From Octopus vulgaris (lineage: Eukaryota), in NCBI GenBank assembly GCA_951406725.2, contig OX597818.1:96906001-96970000 (forward strand): a DNA stretch of 64,000 nucleotides. The letters run 5' to 3'. Positions 51,525-63,208 of this stretch are shown piece by piece. The position numbers were made by a program, and so were the translations under genes. Below the pieces are notes generated by a model. The model searched no databases, was not told the origin of the DNA, and worked only from the letters and a program-made list of their open reading frames with translations. How positions within the stretch are numbered: position 1 is the first letter of the stretch; each line of letters starts with the position of its first letter.

Positions 51525-51565
51525 CTGCAGACATGTTTCAGGGTTGTTGCCCTTTATCAATGCAG
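51525..51565 (-). ncRNA. Minimal type I hammerhead ribozyme motif, U3-A8 core variant
   Basis: Minus strand CTGCA-TTGATAA-AGGG CAACAA CCCT-GAA-ACATGT-C-TGCAG; stems I and II are perfect, stem III is palindromic, cleavage triplet GUC. Confidence 0.72.
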
Positions 51566-52366
51566 CATAGTCAGACCCAGCAGGTGTCGCTACCGACCGT
51601 CTGTTCAAAGATTTTATTTACCTAGTTTCAGTGGAATACATCCAATTGTTTTCAATAATAGAAATATTAAAATTACTAAGTCTCTCTAAAGGAGATTACG
51701 GCTTTAGTCTTATATTTATGGACTGCCATATTAGTTTGGCAATAACTATTAATATCCAGTAATGCTGCCGTAATCTCCTTTATATATATATATACACATA
51801 TATATATATATACACATGTAGGCGCGGGCATGGCTGTGTGCTTAGGGAGCTTGTTTCTTAGCTACATGGTTTCGGGTTCAGTCCCACTGCGTGGCTCTTT
51901 GGATAGGTGTCTTTCTAATTTTTTATTTTATCCTTATTTTTACTTCTATTTTACCCCTATTTTATCACTTTTTATCTCTATGTATGTCTATTTTTAGTTC
52001 TTTTTCCTTATATGCTTATCTTGTATCTGCTTATATGCTTATCTATGTATCTGTATATATATATGTATATGTGCGTATGAATATGTATGTGTGTTTATAT
52101 GGGTATGCCTTTTTTTACATTTTTTATATTTTTTATATTTTTTTATATTTTTTTATAAATTTTTTTATATATTTTATATATATCTATACATATATGTGTG
52201 TGTGTCTGTGTATGTATATGTATGTGTATACGCATATATAGACACACAGATATATGTGTGCATGTGGATGTGTGTGTGTGGGTCCATGTGTATGTATATA
52301 TGCGTGTGTGTGTATGTATGCACACATATGTACGTGTCTGTGTGTATGTGTATATGTATATGTATG

Positions 52367-52435
<69 letters not shown>

Positions 52436-52439
<4 letters not shown>

Positions 52440-52596
52440 TCTGTTATACTTTCTTACCCGCAGATTTCTTACTTTCATGTCTACCTTTTGTACCCAATAT
52501 AATTCTGTATCTTGATATACTCTGTTATACTTTCTTACCCGCAGGTTTCTTACTTTCATGTCTACCTTTTGTACCCACTATAATTCCGTATCTTGC
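52436..52596 (+). repeat. Tandem duplication, 2 x 81 nt
   Basis: ATACTCTGTTATACTTTCTTACCCGCAG...GTATCTTG occurs twice with few substitutions. Confidence 0.9.
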
Positions 52597-53642
52597 CCGT
52601 GTGCGAAAATGGATCTACTTGTTACACCTGTGTCTGTGCATATGCATATTTTTATGTATATGCATAGGGATCTACTCCCCCATGTGTGTGGGTGTGGGCG
52701 TGAGTGTGGGTGTAAGCACTTTTTTGCCCATATGCATAGATTCACTTCGTCTTGTGAATGAGTGTAAGTGCGAGTGTGCCTGTATGTGCGCATGTGCGTG
52801 TATGTATATACGTATGTATGCGCGTCAGTTCGTGTACCCAACTACATGCGCCTTTTCCCGTATGTATCTGTATATTTTTACACGAGTGTACGCATGTATA
52901 CTCGTATGCGTGTGGTTGTGTATGCATGCATATATGTATGCGTGTATATGTGTATATGTATCCATACGTGTTCGTATGTACATGTTGACCACTAGACAAT
53001 TTTACGAGGAAATAGATAAGCAGTTTAACCACAAACCAAACAACCCTAATCTACAATACATTGGGTCCCCAGACGTCCCAGTTGATTCATGACACCCACT
53101 GCTTAGGCTTCTACAACCGGAATATGTCATCTTCCTGACCACCATGTTAGTCCGTAACCACTTTATATCCCTTATCCTTATATTCTTTAATATTTTTATA
53201 TTCTTATATCCTTTTATATTTTTGATACTTTTTTTATATTTTCTTATATCTTTATATTCATTTATACTTTTTTTACACTTCTTTATATTTTTATATTTTA
53301 TATTTCTATATTTATATTCTTTTATCTTTTATATTTTTATACTTTTTTATCTTTCGTCCTTAATTCTCGCCCCTCTATCTTTATCCCTATTTACTCTTAT
53401 TACCAGGTTCCTTCACGTCTGTGTGTATTTATATATTTATTTATTCATTTATTTATTTATTTGTTTATTTATTCATTTATTTATATTACCTCAACATCCA
53501 AACTTCATTCTACATTGAGAGAAGGACGGGATGGACGCTTCATTTTTGTGCTGGTACCGCATTATGTCGTACGCGACTCAGAGGATTTGCATCCCCAACG
53601 TAGAATTTTTGATGTAATACATGTCCTTGAAGCAGTAATTGT

Positions 53643-53722
53643 GCGCGTCTGAAGAAGGCCATAGACACACATTATGCATTGTTATAAATCCGTCTAATAA
53701 AGGCCCGAAACATATGTACCGC
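53643..53722 (+). ncRNA. Type I hammerhead-like motif with an extended stem II
   Basis: CTGAAGA-aGGCC aTAGAC..GTCTA..GGCCc-GAA-ACATATGT-A-cCGC; palindromic stem III; mismatches at the first pairs of stems I and II. Confidence 0.55.
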
Positions 53723-53912
53723 TGAATCCTTGGCATCATGTTTTTATATATACATATATATATACATATATATATACACACATATATATACATATATATA
53801 TACATATATACATATATATTTACATATATACATATATATATATACATATATACATATATATATATACATATATACATATATATATACATATATATACATA
53901 TATATACATATA

Positions 53913-54711
53913 TCTCTTATTATAAAAGGCAGATTTTTTCTGCCTCCCTTTGGGAGTTATAGAAATCTACAATATAGGATTTCTTCAATTACAATTTACC
54001 TAGCATTTTTGAGAGTACAATGCATCGCGTCATGCCAGGTCCAGTTTTTAAAATTTAAACTCCAATTAAGCAAAATTTACAGAAAACTCACATTCTGGTG
54101 TGTGTGTCAAATGCTTTTCTTAGTCTGGTTTACACCACACGCAAACGCACACACACAGTGGGCAACGAATAAAATGAAAGTAAATAGCAACAGTGATTTG
54201 AGGAAGACTAAAGTGAAAGTATTCTGTCTATGACGCTGACAGATACATGAGTAAAATGTATGGGAAGCTAAGAGCTAAGAGTGAGTGAAAATGTTCTTGG
54301 AAGAAAGTAATCTCTTATTATAAAAGGCAGATTTTATCTGCCTCCCTTTGGGAGTTATACAAATCTACAATATAGGATTTCTTCAATTACAATTTACCTG
54401 GCATTTTTAAGAGTACAATGCATCGCGTCATGCCAGGTCCAGTTTTTAAAATTTAAACTCCAATTAAGCAAAATTTACAGAAAACTCACATTCTGGTGTG
54501 TGTGTCAAATGCTTTTCTTAGTCTGGTTTACACCACACGCAAACGCACACACACAGTGGGCAACGAATAAAATGAAAGTAAATAGCGGACAGAGTGATTT
54601 GAGGAAGACTAAAGTGAAAGTATTCTGTCTATGACGATGATAGATACATGAGTAAAATGTATGGGAAGCTAAGAGCTAAGAGTGAGTGAAAATGTTCTTG
54701 GAAGAGAGTAA
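53913..54711 (+). mobile_element. Two tandem about 400-nt Helitron-like 5' segments
   Basis: A|TCTCTTATTATAAAAGGCAG heads at 53913 and 54311, near-identical units. Confidence 0.55.
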
Positions 54712-54773
54712 TTAGTAATAAAGTAAACATACACTCATACATACATACATACATACATACATACATACATACA

Positions 54774-54807
<34 letters not shown>

Positions 54808-55068
54808 CATACACACACACACATACACACACACATACATACACACACACATACATACATATACATACATACATACATACATATACATACATACATACAC
54901 ACACACACAGTATTGAAGCTTGAGAACAATCAGATACATTTGCAACACATCTGTTGAAAATATTATTGTTCACACACATACATATATACATACATACAGA
55001 CAGACAGATAGACACACACACACACACACACACACATGATCCAGCATGGCCACAACCTCAAGGCTGAA

Positions 55069-55460
55069 ACATATAAAAGAATAACAGAATATAAATGTGT
55101 GCAAAGTACAAGAAATATTAATGCAGTATATGGGGATTGGACAATAAGCGTAAGGCAGTGTCAATGGTGGTTCCAGAAATCCCGAGCCATAAACTACAGC
55201 CTAGAAGACGAGCCTCATCCTGAAAGATCTGTAGAACTCGACAAGGACATCCTGAAAACCCTGGTGGAACAAAATATCATCGTAACTGTTGAGGAACTAG
55301 CAGAGAAGCTTGGATTTGGTCATTCAACCATTCATTGACACCTGTGTGCTATCGGAAAAGTCAGCAAATTGGGTCAATGGGTTCCTCACGAACTTTCCGA
55401 GTCTAATTGCATGCAGAGAGTGAATGTATGCTTTTCTTTGCTGTCATATCTCACCACTAC
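55069..55460 (+). pseudogene. Mariner transposase N-terminal fragment, copy 1
   Basis: RNINAVYG..WWFQK..LEDEPH..TVEELAEKLG..GQWVPHELSE with an in-frame TGA. Confidence 0.8.
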
Positions 55461-55473
55461 TGCGCTATGTATA

Positions 55474-56110
55474 TCTATATATATAAAACTGTAGTTGTGT
55501 GAGTGTCTGTCCCCTTCGATTTAGATTCCTAACTACTCCCACATTTTGCGGTACAGTTTAACCAAATTCGGGTAGCTTATAGTCATGATTCATATCGAGC
55601 CCGTCTGAATATTAGCGCGCGTCTACGATGAGTCTACGATTTTAAAAATAATTTAACATCATTTTTTATTCCATTTTAATGCATAATTTTTCGTGTGTCG
55701 ATGGCGGCGGAGTTGGCGTCCACGCTCACATCTGCACCTGTGGGGAAGGGAGTGTAAGGAAATCAACGTCGTAATGCGTTGTCAAGGAGACCAGTGTTCT
55801 TTTAGAACAACGACTTCATGGCTTGAAGACACCAAAACAGAAATGGCTAAGAAAGCGTCTACATGAGTCTACGATTTAAAAAAAATTTACCATCGTTTTT
55901 TTTTCCATTTTAATGCATTTTTTCGCTATTATATAAGGGAAGTAACTCTCTAAAAATGTCTACGATGAGTCAACGATTTTTAAAAAAATTTACCATCATA
56001 TTTTTTTCATTTTTAATGCATTTTTTGCTATTTTTTGGCTATAACTCTCTAAAAATGCTTATATAGTTATTTCCCTTACAAACCCGAGCAACGCCGGGCG
56101 ATACTGCTAG
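55474..56110 (+). mobile_element. Non-autonomous Helitron, copy 1
   Basis: A|TC 5' end (TCTATATATATAAAACTG), 3' hairpin CCCGAGCAACGCCGGG then CTAG|T; no target-site duplication. Confidence 0.85.
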
Positions 56111-56405
56111 TTAGTAATAAAGTAAACATACACTCATACATACATACATACATACATACATACATACATACACACACACATACACACACACATACATACA
56201 CACACACATACATACATACACACATACATACATACATACATATACATACATACATATACATACATACATACATACACACACACATACACACACACACAGT
56301 ATTGAAGCTTGAGAACAATCAGATACATTTGCAACACATCTGTTGAAAATATTATTGTTCACACACATACATATACATATATACATACAGACAGACAGAC
56401 AGATA

Positions 56406-56461
<56 letters not shown>

Positions 56462-56492
56462 ATCCAGCATGGCCACAACCTCAAGGCTGAAA

Positions 56493-56883
56493 CATATAAA
56501 AGAATAACAGAATATAAATGTGTGCAAAGTACAAGAAATATTAATGCAGTATATGGGGATTGGACAATAAGCGTAAGGCAGTGTCAATGGTGGTTCCAGA
56601 AATCCCGAGCCATAAACTACAGCCTAGAAGACGAGCTTCATCATGAAAGATCTGTAGAACTCGACAAGGACATCCTGAAAACCCTGGAGGAACAAAATAT
56701 CATCGTAACTGTTGAGGAACTAGCAGAGAAGCTTGGATTTGGTCATTCAACCATTCATTGACACCTGTGTGCTATCGGAAAAGTCAGCAAATTGGGTCAA
56801 TGGGTTCCTCACGAACTTTCCGAGTCTAATTGCATGCAGAGAGTGAATGTATGCTTTTCTTTGCTGTCATATCTCACCACTAC
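56493..56883 (+). pseudogene. Mariner transposase N-terminal fragment, copy 2
   Basis: Duplicate of 55069-55460 with the same stop codon. Confidence 0.8.
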
Positions 56884-56896
56884 TGCGCTATGTATA

Positions 56897-57532
56897 TCTA
56901 TATATATAAAACTGTAGTTGTGTGAGTGTCTGTCCCCTTCGATTTAGATTCCTAACTACTCCCACATTTTGCGGTACAGTTTAACCAAATTCGGGTAGCT
57001 TATAGTCGTGATTCATATCGAGCCCGTCTGAATATTAGCGCGCGTCTACGATGAGTCTACGATTTTAAAAATAATTTAACATCATTTTTTATTCCATTTT
57101 AATGCATAATTTTTCGTGTGTCGATGGCGGCGGAGTTGGCGTCCACGCTCACACCTGCACCTGTGGGGAAGGGAGTGTAAGGAAATCAACGTCGTAATGC
57201 GTTGTCAAGGAGACCAGTGTTCTTTTAGAACAACGACTTCATGGCTTGAAGACACCAAAACAGAAATGGCTAAAAAGCGTCTACATGAGTCTACGATTTA
57301 AAAAAAAATTTACCATCGTTTTTTTTTCCATTTTAATGCATTTTTTCGCTATTATATAAGGGAAGTAACTCTCTAAAAATGTCTACGATGAGTCAACGAT
57401 TTAAAAAAAATTTACCATCATATTTTTTCCATTTTTTATGCATTTTTTGCTATTTTTTGGCTATAACTCTCTAAAAATGCTTATATAGTTATTTCCCTTA
57501 CAAACCCGAGCAACGCCGGGCGATACTGCTAG
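56897..57532 (+). mobile_element. Non-autonomous Helitron, copy 2
   Basis: Same termini as copy 1. Confidence 0.85.
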
Positions 57533-57568
57533 TATATATATATATATACATATATATATCTGTATATC

Positions 57569-58275
57569 TCATCATCATCATGATCGTTTAATTTCCGCTT
57601 TCCATGCTAGTATGGGTTGGACGATTTGACTGAAGACTGGCGAACCATTTGGCTGCACCAGGCTCCAATCTTGATCTGACAAAGTTTCTACAGCTGGATG
57701 CCCTCCCTAATGCCAACCACTCCTAGAGTGTAGTGAGTGCTTTTAAGTGTCACTGGCATGATGGCCAGTGAGACTACTGACAACGGCCATGCTCAAATGG
57801 TGTTTTTTATGTGCCACCTGCACGGGAACCAGTCCAGCGACACTGGCAACGACCTTGCTTGAATGTTTTTTTTTCACGTGCCAGTAAGGCGACACTGGTA
57901 ACAATCATGCTCGAATTGTGCTCTTTACGTGCCATCCGCATGAAAGCCAGTTAGCTGCTCTGTCAACGATCACGCTCGGATGGTGCTCTTAGCGCTCCAC
58001 TAGCACGGATGCCAGTCATCGAATTTGGTTTCAATTTCCCTTGCCTCAACAGGTCTTTGCAAACAGAGTTTAGTGTCCAATGAAGGAAGAGGTATGCATA
58101 AGCGGGCTGGTTATACCCCTGGCATAGGCCACAAGGTTATGGTCTCACTTGGCTTGCCGAGTCTTCTCAAGCACAGCATATTTCCAAAGGTCTCGGTCAC
58201 TAGTCATTGCCTCGGTGAGGCCTAATGTTCGAAGGTCATGCTTCACCACCTCATCCCAGGACTTCCTGGGTCTAC

Positions 58276-58278
<3 letters not shown>
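57569..58278 (-). mobile_element. RTE LINE short 3' copy
   Basis: RGRPRKSWDEVVKHDLRTLGL..EKTRQAK*, 3' UTR and (ATG)n tail; (TA)n on both flanks. Confidence 0.88.
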
Positions 58279-58332
<54 letters not shown>

Positions 58333-58554
58333 TATCTGTAATATAATATGTGACAATTATTCGGTTGCCATAATAAGACTCTGAGTTTCAGATGTCGGGG
58401 CAGAAAAACTGCTCCAGTATCTCATCAGTTATCAAGGCAATCAAAAAACGCTATGAGAACAGATGAGATGCCAGAGCAGTTTTCCACCCCGACATCTGAA
58501 ACTCAGAGTCTTATTAAGGCAACCGAAGAATTGTCACATATTATATTACAGATA
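58333..58554. repeat. Inverted repeat (about 100-nt arms), each arm with a hammerhead-like motif
   Basis: Left arm minus strand: TGATAA-CTGATGA-GAT..ATC-T-GAA-ACTCAGAGT-C-TTATTA (58371-58434); right arm plus strand is the same with CAGATGA (58454-58516). Confidence 0.7.
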
Positions 58555-58697
58555 AATTCTTCTATTTACATAATATCAAGGTCTCTTTCATCCTTTTGTT
58601 GTCTTACCATTACTATTAATATTATATATATATGGCCGCGGCCTTCGGGCTAAAACATTTTTAAGGATTTAAGGATATATATATATAAATATATACA

Positions 58698-61600
58698 TTA
58701 GGTAGAAACTCTATAAGGTGCACCAAGTGTAAGCTATGGACACATAAGAGGTGCAGCAATGTCAAAGGAAGGCTAACTAAGAAAATAGTTTTTGTCTGTG
58801 GCAGATGCTCAGGAGCAATAAACACTGGAAATGTGCAGAGACCAACTTCTACCACGTTCCAGGGAGACAAACTAGAAGTAGTTGATAGCTTCCGCTACCT
58901 AGGAGACCAAGTCAGTAGCGGGGGTGGGGGTGCTGAAAGTGTAACTGCTAGAGTAAGAATAGCTTGGGCAAAGTTTAGAGAGCTCTTACCCCTGCTGGTG
59001 ACAAAAGGCCTCTCGCTCAGAGTAAAAGGCAGACTGTATGATGCATGTGTACGTACAGCCATGCTACATGGTAGTGAAACATGGGCCGTGACTGCTGAGG
59101 ATATGCGTAAGCTTGCAAGAAATGAAGCCAGTATGCTCCGATGGATGTGTAATGTCAGTGTTCATAATCGTCAGAGTGTAAGTACCTTGAGAGAAAAGTT
59201 GAACCTAAGAAGCGTCAATTGTGGTGTGCAAGAGAGACGGCTGCGCTGGTATGGTCATGTGACGAGAATGGCTGTAGATAGTTGTGTGCAAAAGTGCTAC
59301 ACCCTAGCAGTTGAGGGAACCTGTGGAAGAGGTAGACCCAGGAAAACCTGGGACGAGGTGGTGAAGCACGACCTTCGAACTTTAGGTCTCACCAAGGAAA
59401 TGACTAGAGACCGAGACCTATGGAAGTATGCTGTGCGTGAGAAGACCCGGCAAGAGTAGTCAGGCCATAACCCGGGACGTAGTCAGTCCACCTGTGCATA
59501 CCTTCCTTCTTGTGACACTTGTGAAGACCTGTTGAGGCAAGTGAAAGTGAAAATCAAAATAAAATAGATAATCATCAATGGAATTTGTATCTTTGTTACC
59601 AGTCCCGGTGGCACACAAGAAAACCATCCGAACGTGGCCATAGCCAGTACCGCAACGACTGGCCTCCGTGCTGTGGGCACATAGCAAACACCATCCGATC
59701 GTGGCCGTTCGCCAGCCTCATCTGGCACCTGTGTCGGTGGCACATAAAGACACCATCCGAAGACCCGGCAAGACTAGTCAGGCCATAACCCGTGGCCCCT
59801 ACCTGGGACGTAGTCAGTTCACCTGTGCATACCTCCCTTCTTGTGACACTTGTGAAGACCTGTTGAGGCAAGTGAAAATCAAAAAAAAAAAATCAAAAAA
59901 ATCAAAACAAATCGAAATAGATGAATATCAATGGAATTTGTATCTTTGTGGTACCAGTGCCGGTGGCACACAAGAAAACCATCCGAACGTGGCCGTAGCC
60001 AGTACTGCATCGACTGGCCTCCGTGCTGTGGGCACGTAACAAACACCATCCGATCGTGGCCGTTCGCCAGCCTCATCCGGCACCTGTGTCGGTGGCACAT
60101 AAAAACACCATCCGAAGACCCGGCAAGACTAGGCACCTGTGTCGGTGGCACATAAAAACACCATCCGAAGACCCGGCAAGACTAGTCAGGCCATAATCCG
60201 TGGCCCCAACCTGGGACGTAGTCAGTCCACCTGTGCATACCTTCCTTCTTGTGACACTTGTGAAGACCTTTTGAGGCAAGTGAAAGTGAAAATCAAAATA
60301 AAATAGATGAACATCAATGGAATTTGTATCTTTATGGTACCAGTGCCGGTGGCACACAAGAAAACCATCCGAACGTGGCCGTAGCCAGTACCGCATCGAT
60401 TGGCCTCCGTGCTGTGGGCACGTAACAAACACCATCCGATCATGTCCGTTCGCCAGCCTCATCAGGCACCTGTGTCGGTGGCACATAAAAACACCATCTG
60501 AAGACCCGGCAAGACTAGTCAGGCCATAACCCGTGGCCCCTACCTGGGACGTAGTCAGTCCGCCTGTGCATACCTTCCTTCTTGTGACACTTGTGAAGAC
60601 CTATTGAGGCAAGTGATCAAATCAAAACAAATCAAAATAGATGAACATCAATGGAATTTGTATCTTTGTGGTACCAGGGCCGGTGGCACACAAGATAACC
60701 ATCCGAACATGGCCGTAGCCAGTACCGCATGGACTGGCCTCTGTGCTGTGGGCTCATAACAAACACCATCCGATCGTGGCCGTTCGCCAGCCTCATCTGG
60801 CACCTGTGTCGGTGGCACATAAAAACACCATCCGAAGACCCGGCAAGACTAGTCAGGCCATAACCCGTGGCCTCTACTTGGGACGTAGTCAGTCCACCTG
60901 TGCATACCTTCCTTCTTGTGACACTTGTGAAGACCTGTTGAGACAAGTGATCAAATCAAATCAAATCAAATCAAAATAGATGAACATCAATGGAATTTGT
61001 ATCTTTGTGGTACCAGTGCCGGTGGCACACAAGAAAACCATCCGAACGTGGCCGTAGCCAGTACCGCATCGACTGGCCTCCGTGCTGTGGGCACGTAACA
61101 AACACCATCCATCTGGCACCAGTGTCGGAGACACATAAAAACATCATCCGAAGACCTGGCAAGACTAGTCAGGCCATAACCCGTGGCCCCTACCTGGGAC
61201 GTTGTCAGTTCACCTGTGCATACCTTCCTTCCTTCTTGTGACACTTGTGAAGACCTGTTGAGGCAAGTGAAAATCAAATCAAATCAAATCAAAATAGATG
61301 AACATCAATGGAATTTGTATCTTTGTGGTACCAGTGCCGGTGGCACACAAGAAAACCATCCGAACGTGGCCGTAGCCAGTACCGCATCGACTGGCCTCCG
61401 TGCTGTGGGCACGTAAGAAACACCATCCGATCGTGGCCGTTCGTCAGCCTCGTCTGGCACCTGTGTCGGTGGCACATAAAAACACCATCCGAGCGTGGCC
61501 GTTCGCCAGCCTCGTCTGGCACCTGTGTCGGTGGCACATAAAAACACCATCCGAGCGTGGCCGTTCGCCAGCCTCGTCTGGCACCTGTGTCGGTGGCACA

Positions 61601-61780
61601 TAAAATCACCCACTACACTCTCGGAGTGGTTGGCGTTAGGAAGGGCATCCAGCTGTAGAAACACTGCCAGATCTGACTGGCCTGGTGCAGCCTTCGGGCT
61701 CCCCAGACCCCAGTTGAACCGTCCAACCCATGCTAGCATGGAAAGCGGACGTTAAATGATGATGATGATGATGATGATGA
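58698..61780 (+). mobile_element. RTE LINE copy, 5'-truncated within the PHD finger, with a six-unit expanded 3' UTR (59460-61780)
   Basis: Open frame GRNSIRCTKC..EKTRQE* ending at 59459; (ATG)n tail at 61756-61780; (TA)n flanks. Confidence 0.93.
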
Positions 61781-61832
61781 TATATGTATGTGTGTGAATA
61801 TATATATATATATATATGTATGTATATATATG

Positions 61833-61883
<51 letters not shown>

Positions 61884-61894
61884 GTATATATATG

Positions 61895-62020
<126 letters not shown>

Positions 62021-62128
62021 CATATGATGCTAAAGTCAAGTAGACAGGACTAAGACAAAAAAATAATCATGAGTGATAATTAACCTAATATTTGACTGGG
62101 CTTTGTTGATTCAGCAAGCTGTAATTAC

Positions 62129-62277
62129 CTGATGGTTGTCTATAAAACCTGCAGTTATTATCACAGTATAACCATGCCAGATCTTTGCTGTTGTTATCAC
62201 AAGAGCACAATGCAGGAATGTCTATTGATAATTGCTGGCATTTCTTTTCCAGTTTCTCTTGCAGATAGTACACCTGT
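62129..62277 (-). CDS. Internal exon of a host gene resembling the CCDC15 C-terminal Cys-rich domain
   Basis: TTTCTCCAG acceptor and CAG|GTAATT donor; QVYYLQEKLEKKCQQLSIDIPALCSCDNNSKDLAWLYCDNNCRFYRQPS matches the recalled P-x-L-C-x-C..C-x-N-N-C-x-F-Y pattern. Confidence 0.65.
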
Positions 62278-62714
62278 CTGGAGAAACAATACAAAGCAAT
62301 TATTATTATTTTTTTTTTTTAGAAAAAAAAATTTGTCAGGTACATATAATAAAAACTGCATTTCAAAAACAAAATCTACAATAATAGAGAACAACAACAT
62401 CAAATATACACACACATCGTCAACATAAGTTACCTGTGAATTAGCAGGACAGGAGAACAGAAATAGGAAAGGACAACAAACATCATTTGGCTGCATCTAT
62501 GTAGATGTTCCTTCAGCCAGCTGTCAGTAATGTTTAACTATCCTGAACTAAAACACTTATTAAATGCATGTCAAAGACACATGTAAAGCAATGCATAAGC
62601 ATACAGAAATATGTTTATGCACACAAAGTCACAAGCACACATCTCATATGAACATATGTTTCACCCACAAACTTTCAATTTAATTTTTCATCTTTGTTTA
62701 TAATTAAAAAAATA

Positions 62715-63205
62715 AATGTGCCCTTTTAAAGCCTTGCCAGGGTCATGGGCCAGGTTTCCCGGTTTCTATGGCATATGTGTTCCCCAGCTGGATGGGACGC
62801 CAGTCCATCACAGTGTTACTCATTTTTGCCAGCTGAGTGGACTGGAGCAATGTGAAATGAAGTGTTTTGCTCAAGAACACATGTCGCCCAGTCCAGGAAT
62901 CGAAACCACAATCTTACGATCATGATACTGACACCCTAACCACTAAGCCACGTGCCTCCACCATCTTTGTTTATAGGTATCTTTTATCTTGTCTTTTCCT
63001 ATTCATATGTTTCAGTCATTGGACAGTGACCATGCTGGAGCACTGCCTTCAGGGGTTTTAGCTGAACAGATCACCTCAAGTACTTATTTTGTTTAAAGTC
63101 TGGTACTTACTCTATCAGTCTTCTTTTGCTGAACTGCCAAGTAATGGATGCATAAACAAACCAAGACTGGCTGTCAAATAATCTTGGGGGACAGACACAA
63201 AGACA
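62715..63205 (-). mobile_element. SINE family C (62715-62960) and 3' half of a family B SINE (62985-63205)
   Basis: tRNA-like head GTGGCTTAGTGGTTAGGG..GTTTCGATTCC; reverse-complement B tail. Confidence 0.7.
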
Positions 63206-63208
63206 TAC

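Larger units (their letters stand above)
54712..57532 (+). repeat. Tandem segmental duplication, 2 x about 1.4 kb (54712-56110, 56111-57532)
   Basis: Both units start TTAGTAATAAAGTAAACATAC and end CGATACTGCTAG; the main differences are microsatellite lengths. Confidence 0.93.

Noticed and set aside
50926-54233. Long YI/CV/HT-rich ORFs, including the 333-aa ORF at 52091 and similar ones at 33951-34673, 54629-56587 and 61733-63910
   Set aside because: These are stop-free frames produced by dinucleotide microsatellites, with no domain content.
58630-58665. GCGGCCTTCGGGCTAAAAC as another hammerhead
   Set aside because: Only a stem II-like hairpin remains; there is no CTGANGA and GAAA is mutated.
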